Below are positions 56,221-64,000 of a stretch of 64,000 nucleotides of DNA, piece by piece. The notes beneath the pieces were generated by a model. The model made no database searches, had not been told where the DNA came from, and was given only the letters and a program-made list of their open reading frames with translations. The DNA comes from an uncultured Planctomycetia bacterium. GTDB taxonomy: Bacteria > Omnitrophota > Gorgyraeia > Tantalellales > Tantalellaceae. Every line of letters starts with the position of its first letter. Position 1 is the first letter of the stretch. A program made the position numbers and the translations under genes. The stretch covers positions 395,587 through 459,586 of the forward strand of contig CAZNEE010000001.1 of NCBI GenBank assembly GCA_964572255.1, read 5' to 3'.

Positions 56221-58481
56221 TGAATAGAATGCTAAAGAACCAAAAAGGATTTACGTTTACTGAAGTCATGGTGGTGGCTGTGATATTCCTTTTTGTAATA
56301 AGCACGATCCTTTCGGCGTGGCTTTTTACTTACAGAAGCTGGTCTGTTGAAGGTAAGCGCACGAATCTTCGTATTGATCTCATGAAAGCACTTGAGACTG
56401 TGCAAAGTGATATACGCCTCTCAAGTGCGACATATATGTCATTTTATCCCGCAACGGGAGGTGTCTACACTGCTGTAAGCATGCCTTTGGCTGAAGTCGA
56501 TGCAAGCGGTTTTCTTACGCTTGATGCTAACGGGGATATACAGTGGGATAAGACAGTCGTATATCATATTTTTACGGAATTAGATGGCAGTAAAACTTTA
56601 AGAAGGACGGTTTTTGATCCGAGAGATAATACATTGGATCATGACGAGCGTTTTGCCCAATTGTCTAATGTTATTACTAACGGAGAAGGCAGTGGAAGCT
56701 ATACTACTGATAAGGAGTTTCTTGAGGATCTTGAGACATTCGATATCACACCTCTTCCTATAGTAGTGGATTTTTACGAGAATGACTCGGATCCGGTAAG
56801 GGTCGGCAAGGTCACGTTTGGCTGGATAAGGCTGGATAGCGGGGATCATACGATACGTTTTGAAGTCTCAGGGCAGAATGCTTCTTCATCCGGCTACGGC
56901 TTTGGTTTAGATTATATACGTCTTGAACCTTGCGGAAGCAGAAGGGAAGTTGAGTATTACGATTCATCATTTGCCCCATCTGGTGCTCTTGACTCAAGCG
57001 GAGATACTATAACAAGGGTCCATGATAATACCTGGAGCAATGAAAACTTTCTTGAATATGATGCATCAGCTGTCGGTGATTACCTGGAGATCACTGATTA
57101 TTATGATCTTTGGCGCGAGTCTGCGTTCGATAACGTTAACATGAATAATGCCATGGAGTATGGCGAGGAAGTGCGCGTGAAACTGGAACTGCCCCAAGAC
57201 AGAGAGACAGGCAAGGAAAACATCAGCTGGTATGCATATGCGGAAGCCGGGTATACTGTGCAGGAAGGCACCGACGCCAACCTTCCCACATATCCCATAA
57301 CGATACGCACGATAGTTACGAATAGTTTTATTGATTCTGAAGCGGACCTTGTTAGGGTGAAGTTTAAATCATCTTCAGAGAATCCCCTTAAAATAACCGC
57401 TGCTTATATAACCCGCAGGAATTCCGATGAAGACGGCCTGGCAAACCAGTCAACAGGAGGCCTTGATATAGAGGAATATCACAGACACCAGCAGCTTTTC
57501 TTCCAGGATGTACATGATGGTGATAATGACAGCGATACAGATGAGATATTAGCTGCAGGGTGGGTGCCGGTAGATTCGGAACTCTGGAGCGAATGGATAG
57601 CATTTCCCCTTGTTAAAAATGTTGGAGGAACAGATTACGATTATTTTATTACAATTTGCATACCAAATTTAGATACAGCAGTTTTTCCTTCGGCATGGGA
57701 CAGCTATGATCCTTTTGATACTAATTGCAAATATTGGATAGGAGCGTCAACTCATTCTTATTATGTAACAGGAGATTATACTACAGTTGTTCTTCCTGCA
57801 GCTGGAACAACTGATTGGAGCGGATACACGGTCAATGCTTCTAACAATATATATGTAACTGCCGAAATAGATACGTGGAGGAAACAAGGTTCGGTCGAGT
57901 CGGATATATTGGACACAGGGATTGATGATCCATCGTATAACGAAGTTAAGTGGTCCGAGGATAATCCTTCGGGGACTGAAGTTCTTATGAAGGCGCGTTC
58001 AGCTGATGACCAATTTATGGATACAGCTACTGATTGGAGCGCTATTGCAGGCTCTACAGGCAATCCTGCCGGACTTGCGATCGGGAGCGGTCGGTACGTA
58101 CAGTTTTATGCAGAGCTTTCAACCGAGCCGTTTTGGACAGCATCCGGATCAAACTTGAGTTACGCGGACTATGTGGACACGCAGGTAGGTTTAGGCGCTG
58201 ACCGGCTTTTTCCGGCAAGCGGAGGAGAATATTATGTTACGGGACTGTATTCAACATGGATAGATGATGTGGAGATCGACTGGCCCGGAGATGACCGTAT
58301 GTGTGTTTTAAGCGGATATATCGCAAGAAAAGACGATTACGGCCAGACTAAAATTACGGTTGACGGAAGAGACCTCATAAAAGTTTTAAATATTGATATG
58401 AGCGTTACAGTGGAATATGAAGATAAGACAATACGGCAGGAAAATAATATGGAAGTCGAACCCAGGAATACGGGAAGATAA
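56220..58481 (+). CDS. Large pilin-like protein (PilW-like N-terminus with ~700-aa extension), putative pilus tip/adhesin subunit
   Basis: KNQKG then FTFTEVMVVAVIFLFVIS prepilin signal, then a 753-aa Asp/Thr/Ser-rich extracellular region. Confidence 0.55.
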   Translation: MNRMLKNQKGFTFTEVMVVAVIFLFVISTILSAWLFTYRSWSVEGKRTNLRIDLMKALETVQSDIRLSSATYMSFYPATGGVYTAVSMPLAEVDASGFLTLDANGDIQWDKTVVYHIFTELDGSKTLRRTVFDPRDNTLDHDERFAQLSNVITNGEGSGSYTTDKEFLEDLETFDITPLPIVVDFYENDSDPVRVGKVTFGWIRLDSGDHTIRFEVSGQNASSSGYGFGLDYIRLEPCGSRREVEYYDSSFAPSGALDSSGDTITRVHDNTWSNENFLEYDASAVGDYLEITDYYDLWRESAFDNVNMNNAMEYGEEVRVKLELPQDRETGKENISWYAYAEAGYTVQEGTDANLPTYPITIRTIVTNSFIDSEADLVRVKFKSSSENPLKITAAYITRRNSDEDGLANQSTGGLDIEEYHRHQQLFFQDVHDGDNDSDTDEILAAGWVPVDSELWSEWIAFPLVKNVGGTDYDYFITICIPNLDTAVFPSAWDSYDPFDTNCKYWIGASTHSYYVTGDYTTVVLPAAGTTDWSGYTVNASNNIYVTAEIDTWRKQGSVESDILDTGIDDPSYNEVKWSEDNPSGTEVLMKARSADDQFMDTATDWSAIAGSTGNPAGLAIGSGRYVQFYAELSTEPFWTASGSNLSYADYVDTQVGLGADRLFPASGGEYYVTGLYSTWIDDVEIDWPGDDRMCVLSGYIARKDDYGQTKITVDGRDLIKVLNIDMSVTVEYEDKTIRQENNMEVEPRNTGR

Positions 58482-59639
58482 ATGCTGAAGAAAAAAATGA
58501 AAGTAACAAGCCTTAAGCTGATAAAAAATCAAGAGGGAGCTGTACTTGTTATCGTTATGACATTTATGGCTCTTATGCTTCTTAGCGCAATATACCTTGC
58601 CAACATGATAAAGGGAGACGCTGAACTCATCGGCAGGGTCAAGACCGTTGAGCAAGCTAAATACATGGCGGAAGCCGGGATAAATCATGCCCTTGGAAGG
58701 ATAAAGAATACCAATTTTGGGAACAGGACCGATTTTAGTAATGCGTTGGATACAGGTTCATACAGCGTTACTTTTTCTGAATCGGGAGGAAGATATCTTA
58801 TAACTTCCGTAGGAACGGCCGGAAGCGTTTCAAGAACGGCTTCACTTGAGATAGAGGACCTTACCCCAACGGCACTTAAATATGTGACTGGGGCGGGGAA
58901 TGATTTCAGGACAAACTCATTTATTGCCGGAGCTGAAATGAACGGGGATATACATGCCAATAACGATGTTTACCTGAAATCGGGGTTCCTTATTTCATGG
59001 CTGAGGATCACGGGGGATGTTTCCGCAACGGGTATTGTCATTGAAGGCACTGTACATAATGATGGCTCTTGGGATTGGTGGGACGACCATGTCGTTATAA
59101 ACGGTAATGCGGATGACACAGCGACAGTTTTTGAGGGAGAGAGAAGAATTGTATTCCCGACATTTAATTATGACAAGTACAGGCAAGAGGCCATAGATTC
59201 GGGGGACTATTACGATACGGACCAAGTCTTTAATGGCGCGACACTCAGCCCGGCTAACGGAATAGTTTTTGTTGACGGAGATGTAGATTTTCAGGGAAAT
59301 AATACCATAAATGGCGGGATAATCGCCGACGACATAACGATATGGGGAACTTTGAGCCAGAACAAGTCAGGCAACAGGAACGTTGTTATTGCAAGAGACG
59401 GCGATATAGGAATACTCGGAAGACTTTACACGGAAGAAGCACTTGTATATGCCGATAGGGACATAAGGTCTCTGCAGGTTTTAGCTGATATAGAAATAAA
59501 CGGGATCATCCTTGCCAGAAGAGATATATATATGTGGAATTTTCTTACTCTTATAGATTACGATTATGTTGAGACTTATCCCGCCGATATAGGCAGCGAA
59601 GAAGACCAGTCCTTCGGTATAATCAGCTGGAACAGATAA
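58482..59639 (+). CDS. PilX-like minor pilin (PilX N-terminal domain)
   Basis: KNQEGAVLVIVMTFMALMLLSAIYLANMIKGDAELIGRVKTVEQAKYMAEAGINHAL is the PilX_N pattern. 385 aa. Confidence 0.55.
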   Translation: MLKKKMKVTSLKLIKNQEGAVLVIVMTFMALMLLSAIYLANMIKGDAELIGRVKTVEQAKYMAEAGINHALGRIKNTNFGNRTDFSNALDTGSYSVTFSESGGRYLITSVGTAGSVSRTASLEIEDLTPTALKYVTGAGNDFRTNSFIAGAEMNGDIHANNDVYLKSGFLISWLRITGDVSATGIVIEGTVHNDGSWDWWDDHVVINGNADDTATVFEGERRIVFPTFNYDKYRQEAIDSGDYYDTDQVFNGATLSPANGIVFVDGDVDFQGNNTINGGIIADDITIWGTLSQNKSGNRNVVIARDGDIGILGRLYTEEALVYADRDIRSLQVLADIEINGIILARRDIYMWNFLTLIDYDYVETYPADIGSEEDQSFGIISWNR

Positions 59640-59670
59640 TCGGCTCTTAATTTCCAAAATTCAAATATCC

Positions 59671-59699
59671 TTGACAATAAAACCTCTATCTGTTAATAT
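59671..59699 (+). promoter_or_regulatory. Near-consensus sigma70 promoter for rplU-rpmA-obg (TTGACA, 17-nt spacer, TAATAT)
   Basis: TTGACA at 59671-76 and TAATAT at 59694-99. Confidence 0.6.
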
Positions 59700-59783
59700 T
59701 ATTCTACTTATTTTTAATAATATACTACTAGTGCGGGCATAAGCACTTGTAAAATAATAACTTAGACAAACAGGAGACGATAA

Positions 59784-60104
59784 ATGTACGCTGTAATAGA
59801 AGTTAAAGGTGCTCAGATACTTGTTGAGAAAAACGATAAGATAGTAGTGAACCGTCTTAAGCCGGAAGAGAGAAAATCAAAAGAGATAAAAATAGATAAA
59901 GTTCTTCTTGCGAAAAAAGGCAACTCGATCCATATCGGCGAGCCTTATATTAAAGGCGCGTATGTAAAGTGCGAAGTGATCGGCGATAAGAGAGCAAAAA
60001 AAGTTATCGCTTTTAAATACAGGGACAGAAAAAGTTCCCAGTCCAAAAGAGGGCACAGGCAGGATCAGACGGAACTTAAAGTGACGGATATACATTTTGA
60101 ATAG
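59784..60104 (+). CDS. rplU: 50S ribosomal protein L21
   Basis: MYAVIEVKGAQILVEKNDKI N-terminus. 106 aa. Confidence 0.9.
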   Translation: MYAVIEVKGAQILVEKNDKIVVNRLKPEERKSKEIKIDKVLLAKKGNSIHIGEPYIKGAYVKCEVIGDKRAKKVIAFKYRDRKSSQSKRGHRQDQTELKVTDIHFE

Positions 60105-60122
60105 AAAAATCAGGAGATACTA

Positions 60123-60365
60123 ATGGCGCATAAAAAAGGACAAGGAGCTTCACGTAACGGACGAGATTCCGCGGGTCAAAGGCTTGGCGTAAAAAGGTTC
60201 GGCGGTGAAACAGTTACCCCGGGATGCATTCTTGTCAGGCAAAGAGGCACACAATATAGACCGGGCGTTAATGTGAAAAAAGGAAAAGACGATACGTTAT
60301 TTGCCAAGTGCGATGGCGTAGTTTCTTTTTCGGGGAAACGCGTGGTAAACGTCATCCCAAAATGA
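60123..60365 (+). CDS. rpmA: 50S ribosomal protein L27
   Basis: [29 protein letters not shown]. 80 aa. Confidence 0.95.
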   Translation: MAHKKGQGASRNGRDSAGQRLGVKRFGGETVTPGCILVRQRGTQYRPGVNVKKGKDDTLFAKCDGVVSFSGKRVVNVIPK

Positions 60366-60366
60366 G

Positions 60367-61356
60367 ATGCTTATAGATCAGGCTAAAATCTATGTAAGCG
60401 GCGGACGCGGCGGTAACGGATGCAGCAGCCTTTACAAAGATATCTTCCACCGAAAGGGCATCCCTGATGGGGGTGACGGCGGCGATGGTGGGGATGTGAT
60501 CATCAAAAGCGATCCTAATCTTCAAACCCTTCTTGATTTTAAATACAATCAGCACTATCGTGCCGGAAGCGGCAAGCACGGCGGTTCAAACAAAAAATTC
60601 GGTAAAAGAGGAGAGGACCTGCTTGTAAAGGTGCCTGCGGGTACTATTATCAGGGACGCTGAGGAGGATCTTGTCCTTAAGGACCTTGCGGCAATTGATG
60701 AGGCGGTCACTGTTGCCAGAGGCGGTTCCGGCGGGTTAGGGAACGCCAAAAAACGTGAAGCGACTCAAGGCGAACCGGGCGAAGAACGCACGCTTTTATT
60801 GGAGCTTAAACTTGTAGCGGATGTGGGGATAATAGGTTTTCCCAATGCGGGCAAATCGACTATAGTATCGCGCATATCAAAGGTGCATACAAAGATCGCC
60901 CCGTATCCTTTTACGACAAAAAGTCCTAAACTTGGGGTTGTCAGCTTCGATGACGATTCGTTCGTTGCGGCCGATATGCCCGGGCTGATCGAAGGCGCTC
61001 ATGCAGGAAAGGGCCTTGGCGACAGGTTTTTGCGTCATATAGAAAGAACGCTCGTACTTGTTCATGTGGTGGATATAGCCCCGCTTGACGGGACCGATCC
61101 GGCGGATAACTATTTTAAGCTTGAAAAAGAGCTCGAATTATACGGGCATAATGTTTCCGGCAAGGAACGGGTAATTGTAATTAACAAAATGGACATGCCG
61201 GGCTCGGAAGAGAAACTCAAGGAGTTCAAAGATAAAATAAATAAAGAGGTTATTTCCATCTCAGCCATAAAAGGCGAAGGATTGAAGGATCTCGTATCTT
61301 TTGTATATAAGAAGGTGAAAGATGTCAAAAAAGAAAAGCAAGAGAATAACGGTTAA
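60367..61356 (+). CDS. obg: GTPase Obg/CgtA
   Basis: Gly-rich Obg fold (GGRGGNG...GGDGGDGGD) and G-domain GFPNAGKST. 329 aa. Confidence 0.9.
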   Translation: MLIDQAKIYVSGGRGGNGCSSLYKDIFHRKGIPDGGDGGDGGDVIIKSDPNLQTLLDFKYNQHYRAGSGKHGGSNKKFGKRGEDLLVKVPAGTIIRDAEEDLVLKDLAAIDEAVTVARGGSGGLGNAKKREATQGEPGEERTLLLELKLVADVGIIGFPNAGKSTIVSRISKVHTKIAPYPFTTKSPKLGVVSFDDDSFVAADMPGLIEGAHAGKGLGDRFLRHIERTLVLVHVVDIAPLDGTDPADNYFKLEKELELYGHNVSGKERVIVINKMDMPGSEEKLKEFKDKINKEVISISAIKGEGLKDLVSFVYKKVKDVKKEKQENNG

Positions 61357-62428
61357 GATCGGGACGCGAGTCCTCACGGATCAAAGGAACAGGCTTGACC
61401 GGAAAATAATAAAAAGTCTGGCGGATCAGATATCGTCCCTGATGGATAAAGGGACAGAAGTTATAGTTGTCTCATCCGGCGCGATAGGGGCGGGACTCGG
61501 CATACTTAAAGTCGACAAAAAACACAAGAGTCTTTCCGAACTTCAGGCGATAGCCAGCGTGGGGCAGAACCATCTGATGGATATCTATAACGAGTATTTC
61601 AATAAAAAAGGGTATAAAGCCGGCCAGATATTGCTCACGCAGGAGGATTTTAACGATCGCAGGAGGTTTCTTAATATACGCTATACCCTGAACACGCTTT
61701 TAAAATATAAAGCCATTCCTGTTATCAACGAGAACGATTCAGTGTCCACCGAGGAGATAAAATGCGGGGATAATGACAGGCTTTCGTCTTTGGTGGCGGA
61801 TCTGGCCAATTCGGACACTTTTATCATACTTACTGATGTGGACGGGCTTTACGATAACGAAGGCAATCTTATCGAAAGCGTTGAAAAAATAACCAAAGAC
61901 ATAAAAGCTTTCTGTAAAGGCAAAGGCTGCGATGAAAGCACCGGAGGGATGATCACGAAACTCGAGGCGGTGCAGAACGCCGCGGGATCAGGAATTGAAA
62001 GCGTTATCGCCCGGGGGAGACGCAAGGATGTGGTGGTTGATATAGCAGAAGGTAAAAAGGTCGGCACCAGATTCCTCGCTTCGAAGAAAACCATCAAAGC
62101 GAGAAAGCGCTGGATAGCTTTCAGCAAAAAAGCGAAAGGCGCGCTTATTATTGATGAAGGCGCCGAGAAAGCGCTCACAGAGAGCAATAAAAGCCTTCTT
62201 CCGAGCGGCGTAATGAAGGTAAGCGGAGAATTTAACGAAGGGGACGTTGTTGATGTCGTGTCGCAGGAGAAAAAAATAGTAGCCAGAGGTCTTATAAACT
62301 ATTCATCGGATGAGATGAATAGAATCAAGGGGTTAAGGACGGACAGGATAGAGGGCGTGCTGGGTTATAAAGATTATGATGAAGTGATACACAGGGACAA
62401 TCTGGCGGTCATTGAAAAGGGAGATTAG
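61322..62428 (+). CDS. proB: Glutamate 5-kinase ProB (with PUA domain)
   Basis: Amino-acid kinase fold (VVVSSGAIGAG) and a C-terminal PUA domain. It is followed by proA. Confidence 0.85.
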   Translation: MSKKKSKRITVKIGTRVLTDQRNRLDRKIIKSLADQISSLMDKGTEVIVVSSGAIGAGLGILKVDKKHKSLSELQAIASVGQNHLMDIYNEYFNKKGYKAGQILLTQEDFNDRRRFLNIRYTLNTLLKYKAIPVINENDSVSTEEIKCGDNDRLSSLVADLANSDTFIILTDVDGLYDNEGNLIESVEKITKDIKAFCKGKGCDESTGGMITKLEAVQNAAGSGIESVIARGRRKDVVVDIAEGKKVGTRFLASKKTIKARKRWIAFSKKAKGALIIDEGAEKALTESNKSLLPSGVMKVSGEFNEGDVVDVVSQEKKIVARGLINYSSDEMNRIKGLRTDRIEGVLGYKDYDEVIHRDNLAVIEKGD

Positions 62429-62433
62429 GAACA

Positions 62434-63696
62434 ATGGATGCTAAGGGAAAAATGAAAGATATAACGGACAGGGCGAAAAAAGCGGCCCGTGTTTTGAGCA
62501 TAATGTCCGCGGATGAGAAGAACAGGATATTGCTTGCCATGGCGGAAGCGATCAAAAAAGAAAAAGATGCCATAAAGCAAGCTAACGTTCAGGACGCGGA
62601 AGCCGCAAGAAAGAACGGAAAGAACGAGGCGTTTATCGATCGCCTGACTTTAACTGATAAACGTATCGACGGAATGTATTCGATGATCAGGGATGTCGCG
62701 TCATTAGAAGATCCGGTAGGCAAAACAATAGAAAAGACCAAAAGGCCGAACGGTCTTGTTATAGAGAAAATCCGCGTGCCGATAGGCGTGATAGGAATCA
62801 TATATGAATCCCGTCCGAATGTGACAGCGGATTGCGCGGCGCTTTGCTTTAAATCAGGCAATTCCGTGATCCTGCGCGGCGGCAGCGATTCCGTGCGGTC
62901 AAATACGGCCATATATAAGGCATTGAAAAAAGCCGCTGAAAGCGAAGGGCTTAAAGAAGACGCCTTTATTTTGATTGAAGATACTTCGCGTGATATGGTT
63001 GACGCTATGCTTGAAGCTGCCGGCGATATAGATCTTATCATGCCCAGAGGCGGAGAATCGCTTATCAGGCAGGTTGCCGAAAAAAGCAGAGTGCCTGTAA
63101 TAAAACATTACAAGGGAATATGCCATGTTTATGTGGATAAAGATGCGGACCTTAAAATGGCTGAGGGGATCTGCATGAATGCCAAGATCCAAAGGCCCGG
63201 GGTCTGCAATGCGATGGAGACCATGCTTGTTCACGAGGGTGTAGCCGGCCAGTTCCTGCCGATGATCGCCAAGAAAATGACGGAAGCCGGGGTGAAGCTC
63301 AAGGGATGCTCGAGAACGAGGGAGATACTCGAGGGTACAGACGTGGAAGAAGCGACAGATGAAGACTACATGACGGAATATCTGGACCTTATTCTTAATA
63401 TTCGTGTAGTGGGATCGCTGGATGAGGCCATTAAACACATCGCAAAATATGGCTCAAACCATTCCGATGCGATCGTGACGCAGAATCGCGGAAACGGCCT
63501 TGAATTTACAAAAAGAGTTGATTCGTCTGCGGTTTACATCAATGCTTCGACACGCTTTACTGACGGCGGCGAGTTCGGTAAAGGCGCCGAGATCGGTATT
63601 TCCACCGATAAGCTGCATGCGCGCGGTCCCATGGGGCTGGAAGAGCTTACCAGCTATAAGTATGTAGTGCATGGTAAAGGACACGTCAGGCAATAA
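62434..63696 (+). CDS. proA: Gamma-glutamyl phosphate reductase ProA
   Basis: Aldehyde dehydrogenase fold with the catalytic Cys region (GICHVYVD...VCNAMETMLVH). 420 aa. Confidence 0.9.
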   Translation: MDAKGKMKDITDRAKKAARVLSIMSADEKNRILLAMAEAIKKEKDAIKQANVQDAEAARKNGKNEAFIDRLTLTDKRIDGMYSMIRDVASLEDPVGKTIEKTKRPNGLVIEKIRVPIGVIGIIYESRPNVTADCAALCFKSGNSVILRGGSDSVRSNTAIYKALKKAAESEGLKEDAFILIEDTSRDMVDAMLEAAGDIDLIMPRGGESLIRQVAEKSRVPVIKHYKGICHVYVDKDADLKMAEGICMNAKIQRPGVCNAMETMLVHEGVAGQFLPMIAKKMTEAGVKLKGCSRTREILEGTDVEEATDEDYMTEYLDLILNIRVVGSLDEAIKHIAKYGSNHSDAIVTQNRGNGLEFTKRVDSSAVYINASTRFTDGGEFGKGAEIGISTDKLHARGPMGLEELTSYKYVVHGKGHVRQ

Positions 63697-63733
63697 TGAA
63701 GATCAAATCGCGAAGAAGGAAGGACGATAGTCT

Positions 63734-64000
63734 ATGAAAATAGGGCTTCTGGGAGGGACATTTAATCCGATCCATACAGGGCACCTTATCCTGGCCCAGG
63801 AATGCTGGCACAGGCTTGGTCTAGATAAGGTAATATTTATTCCGGCGTTCATACCTCCTTTAAAGGACGCAAAGCCGGAAGTTGGTCCCGCGGACAGACT
63901 GAACATGGTACGCCTGGCTCTCGAAGGTGACGATCGGTTTGAGATATCGACATATGAACTGGATAAAAAGGGGACGTCTTATTCAATAGACACGATCAAG
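63734..64000 (+). CDS. nadD: Nicotinate-nucleotide adenylyltransferase NadD (3' partial, runs off window)
   Basis: IGLLGGTFNPIHTGHL contains the (H/T)xGH nucleotidyltransferase motif. Confidence 0.8.
   Translation, partial: MKIGLLGGTFNPIHTGHLILAQECWHRLGLDKVIFIPAFIPPLKDAKPEVGPADRLNMVRLALEGDDRFEISTYELDKKGTSYSIDTIK

Noticed and set aside
1-64000. CRISPR arrays, tRNA/rRNA genes, IS elements and integrases
   Set aside because: There are no regularly spaced direct repeats, no cloverleaf-like conserved tRNA boxes, and no transposase or integrase ORFs. The only repeats are the two palindromic families reported above.

Overview
This 64 kb window is a gene-dense, almost entirely plus-strand stretch of bacterial chromosome. 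The lysine-rich protein tails, the pilin N-termini and the absence of ftsZ next to ftsA point loosely to the PVC superphylum (e.g. Omnitrophica/Verrucomicrobia-like), but that is a guess.

The first part (3.7-20.3 kb) is a complete division/cell-wall (dcw) cluster in canonical order: mraZ, rsmH, ftsL, ftsI, murE, murF, mraY, murD, ftsW, murG, murC, murB, ddl, ftsQ, ftsA. No ftsZ follows ftsA.

The middle holds housekeeping genes (proC, yggT, DUF167, mtnP, ileS, a dksA/traR-like gene, lspA, lgt, rluD, aroA) and one minus-strand gene, a sulfatase-like protein with TPR repeats.

Next comes a rod-shape block (mreBCD, mrdA, rodA) and a radical-SAM gene of the TIGR03960 kind. These are followed by a nearly complete type IVa pilus locus: pilT, a standalone MshEN-domain protein, two tandem pilB genes, pilC, three tandem pilins, a TMTC-like GT-C/TPR glycosyltransferase, and pilMNOPQ. 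The pilus locus sits between the radical-SAM gene and its usual partners DUF2344 and rng. Three minor-pilin genes follow rng. The window ends with rplU, rpmA, obg, proB, proA and the start of nadD.

The most notable non-coding features are:
- a very strong match to a c-di-GMP-I (GEMM) riboswitch, followed by an intrinsic terminator, in the leader of a PEP-CTERM secreted-protein gene;
- two families of intergenic palindromic repeats whose stems co-vary between copies, one present in three copies and one in two;
- near-consensus sigma70 promoters upstream of mraZ, pilT and rplU.

Together with a PilZ protein and the standalone MshEN domain with a canonical motif, the riboswitch makes c-di-GMP signalling a recurring theme across the window. 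The first gene is a ParA-like ATPase fused to an AMPK-beta/CBM48 glycogen-binding domain, which may point to a carbohydrate-granule positioning system.
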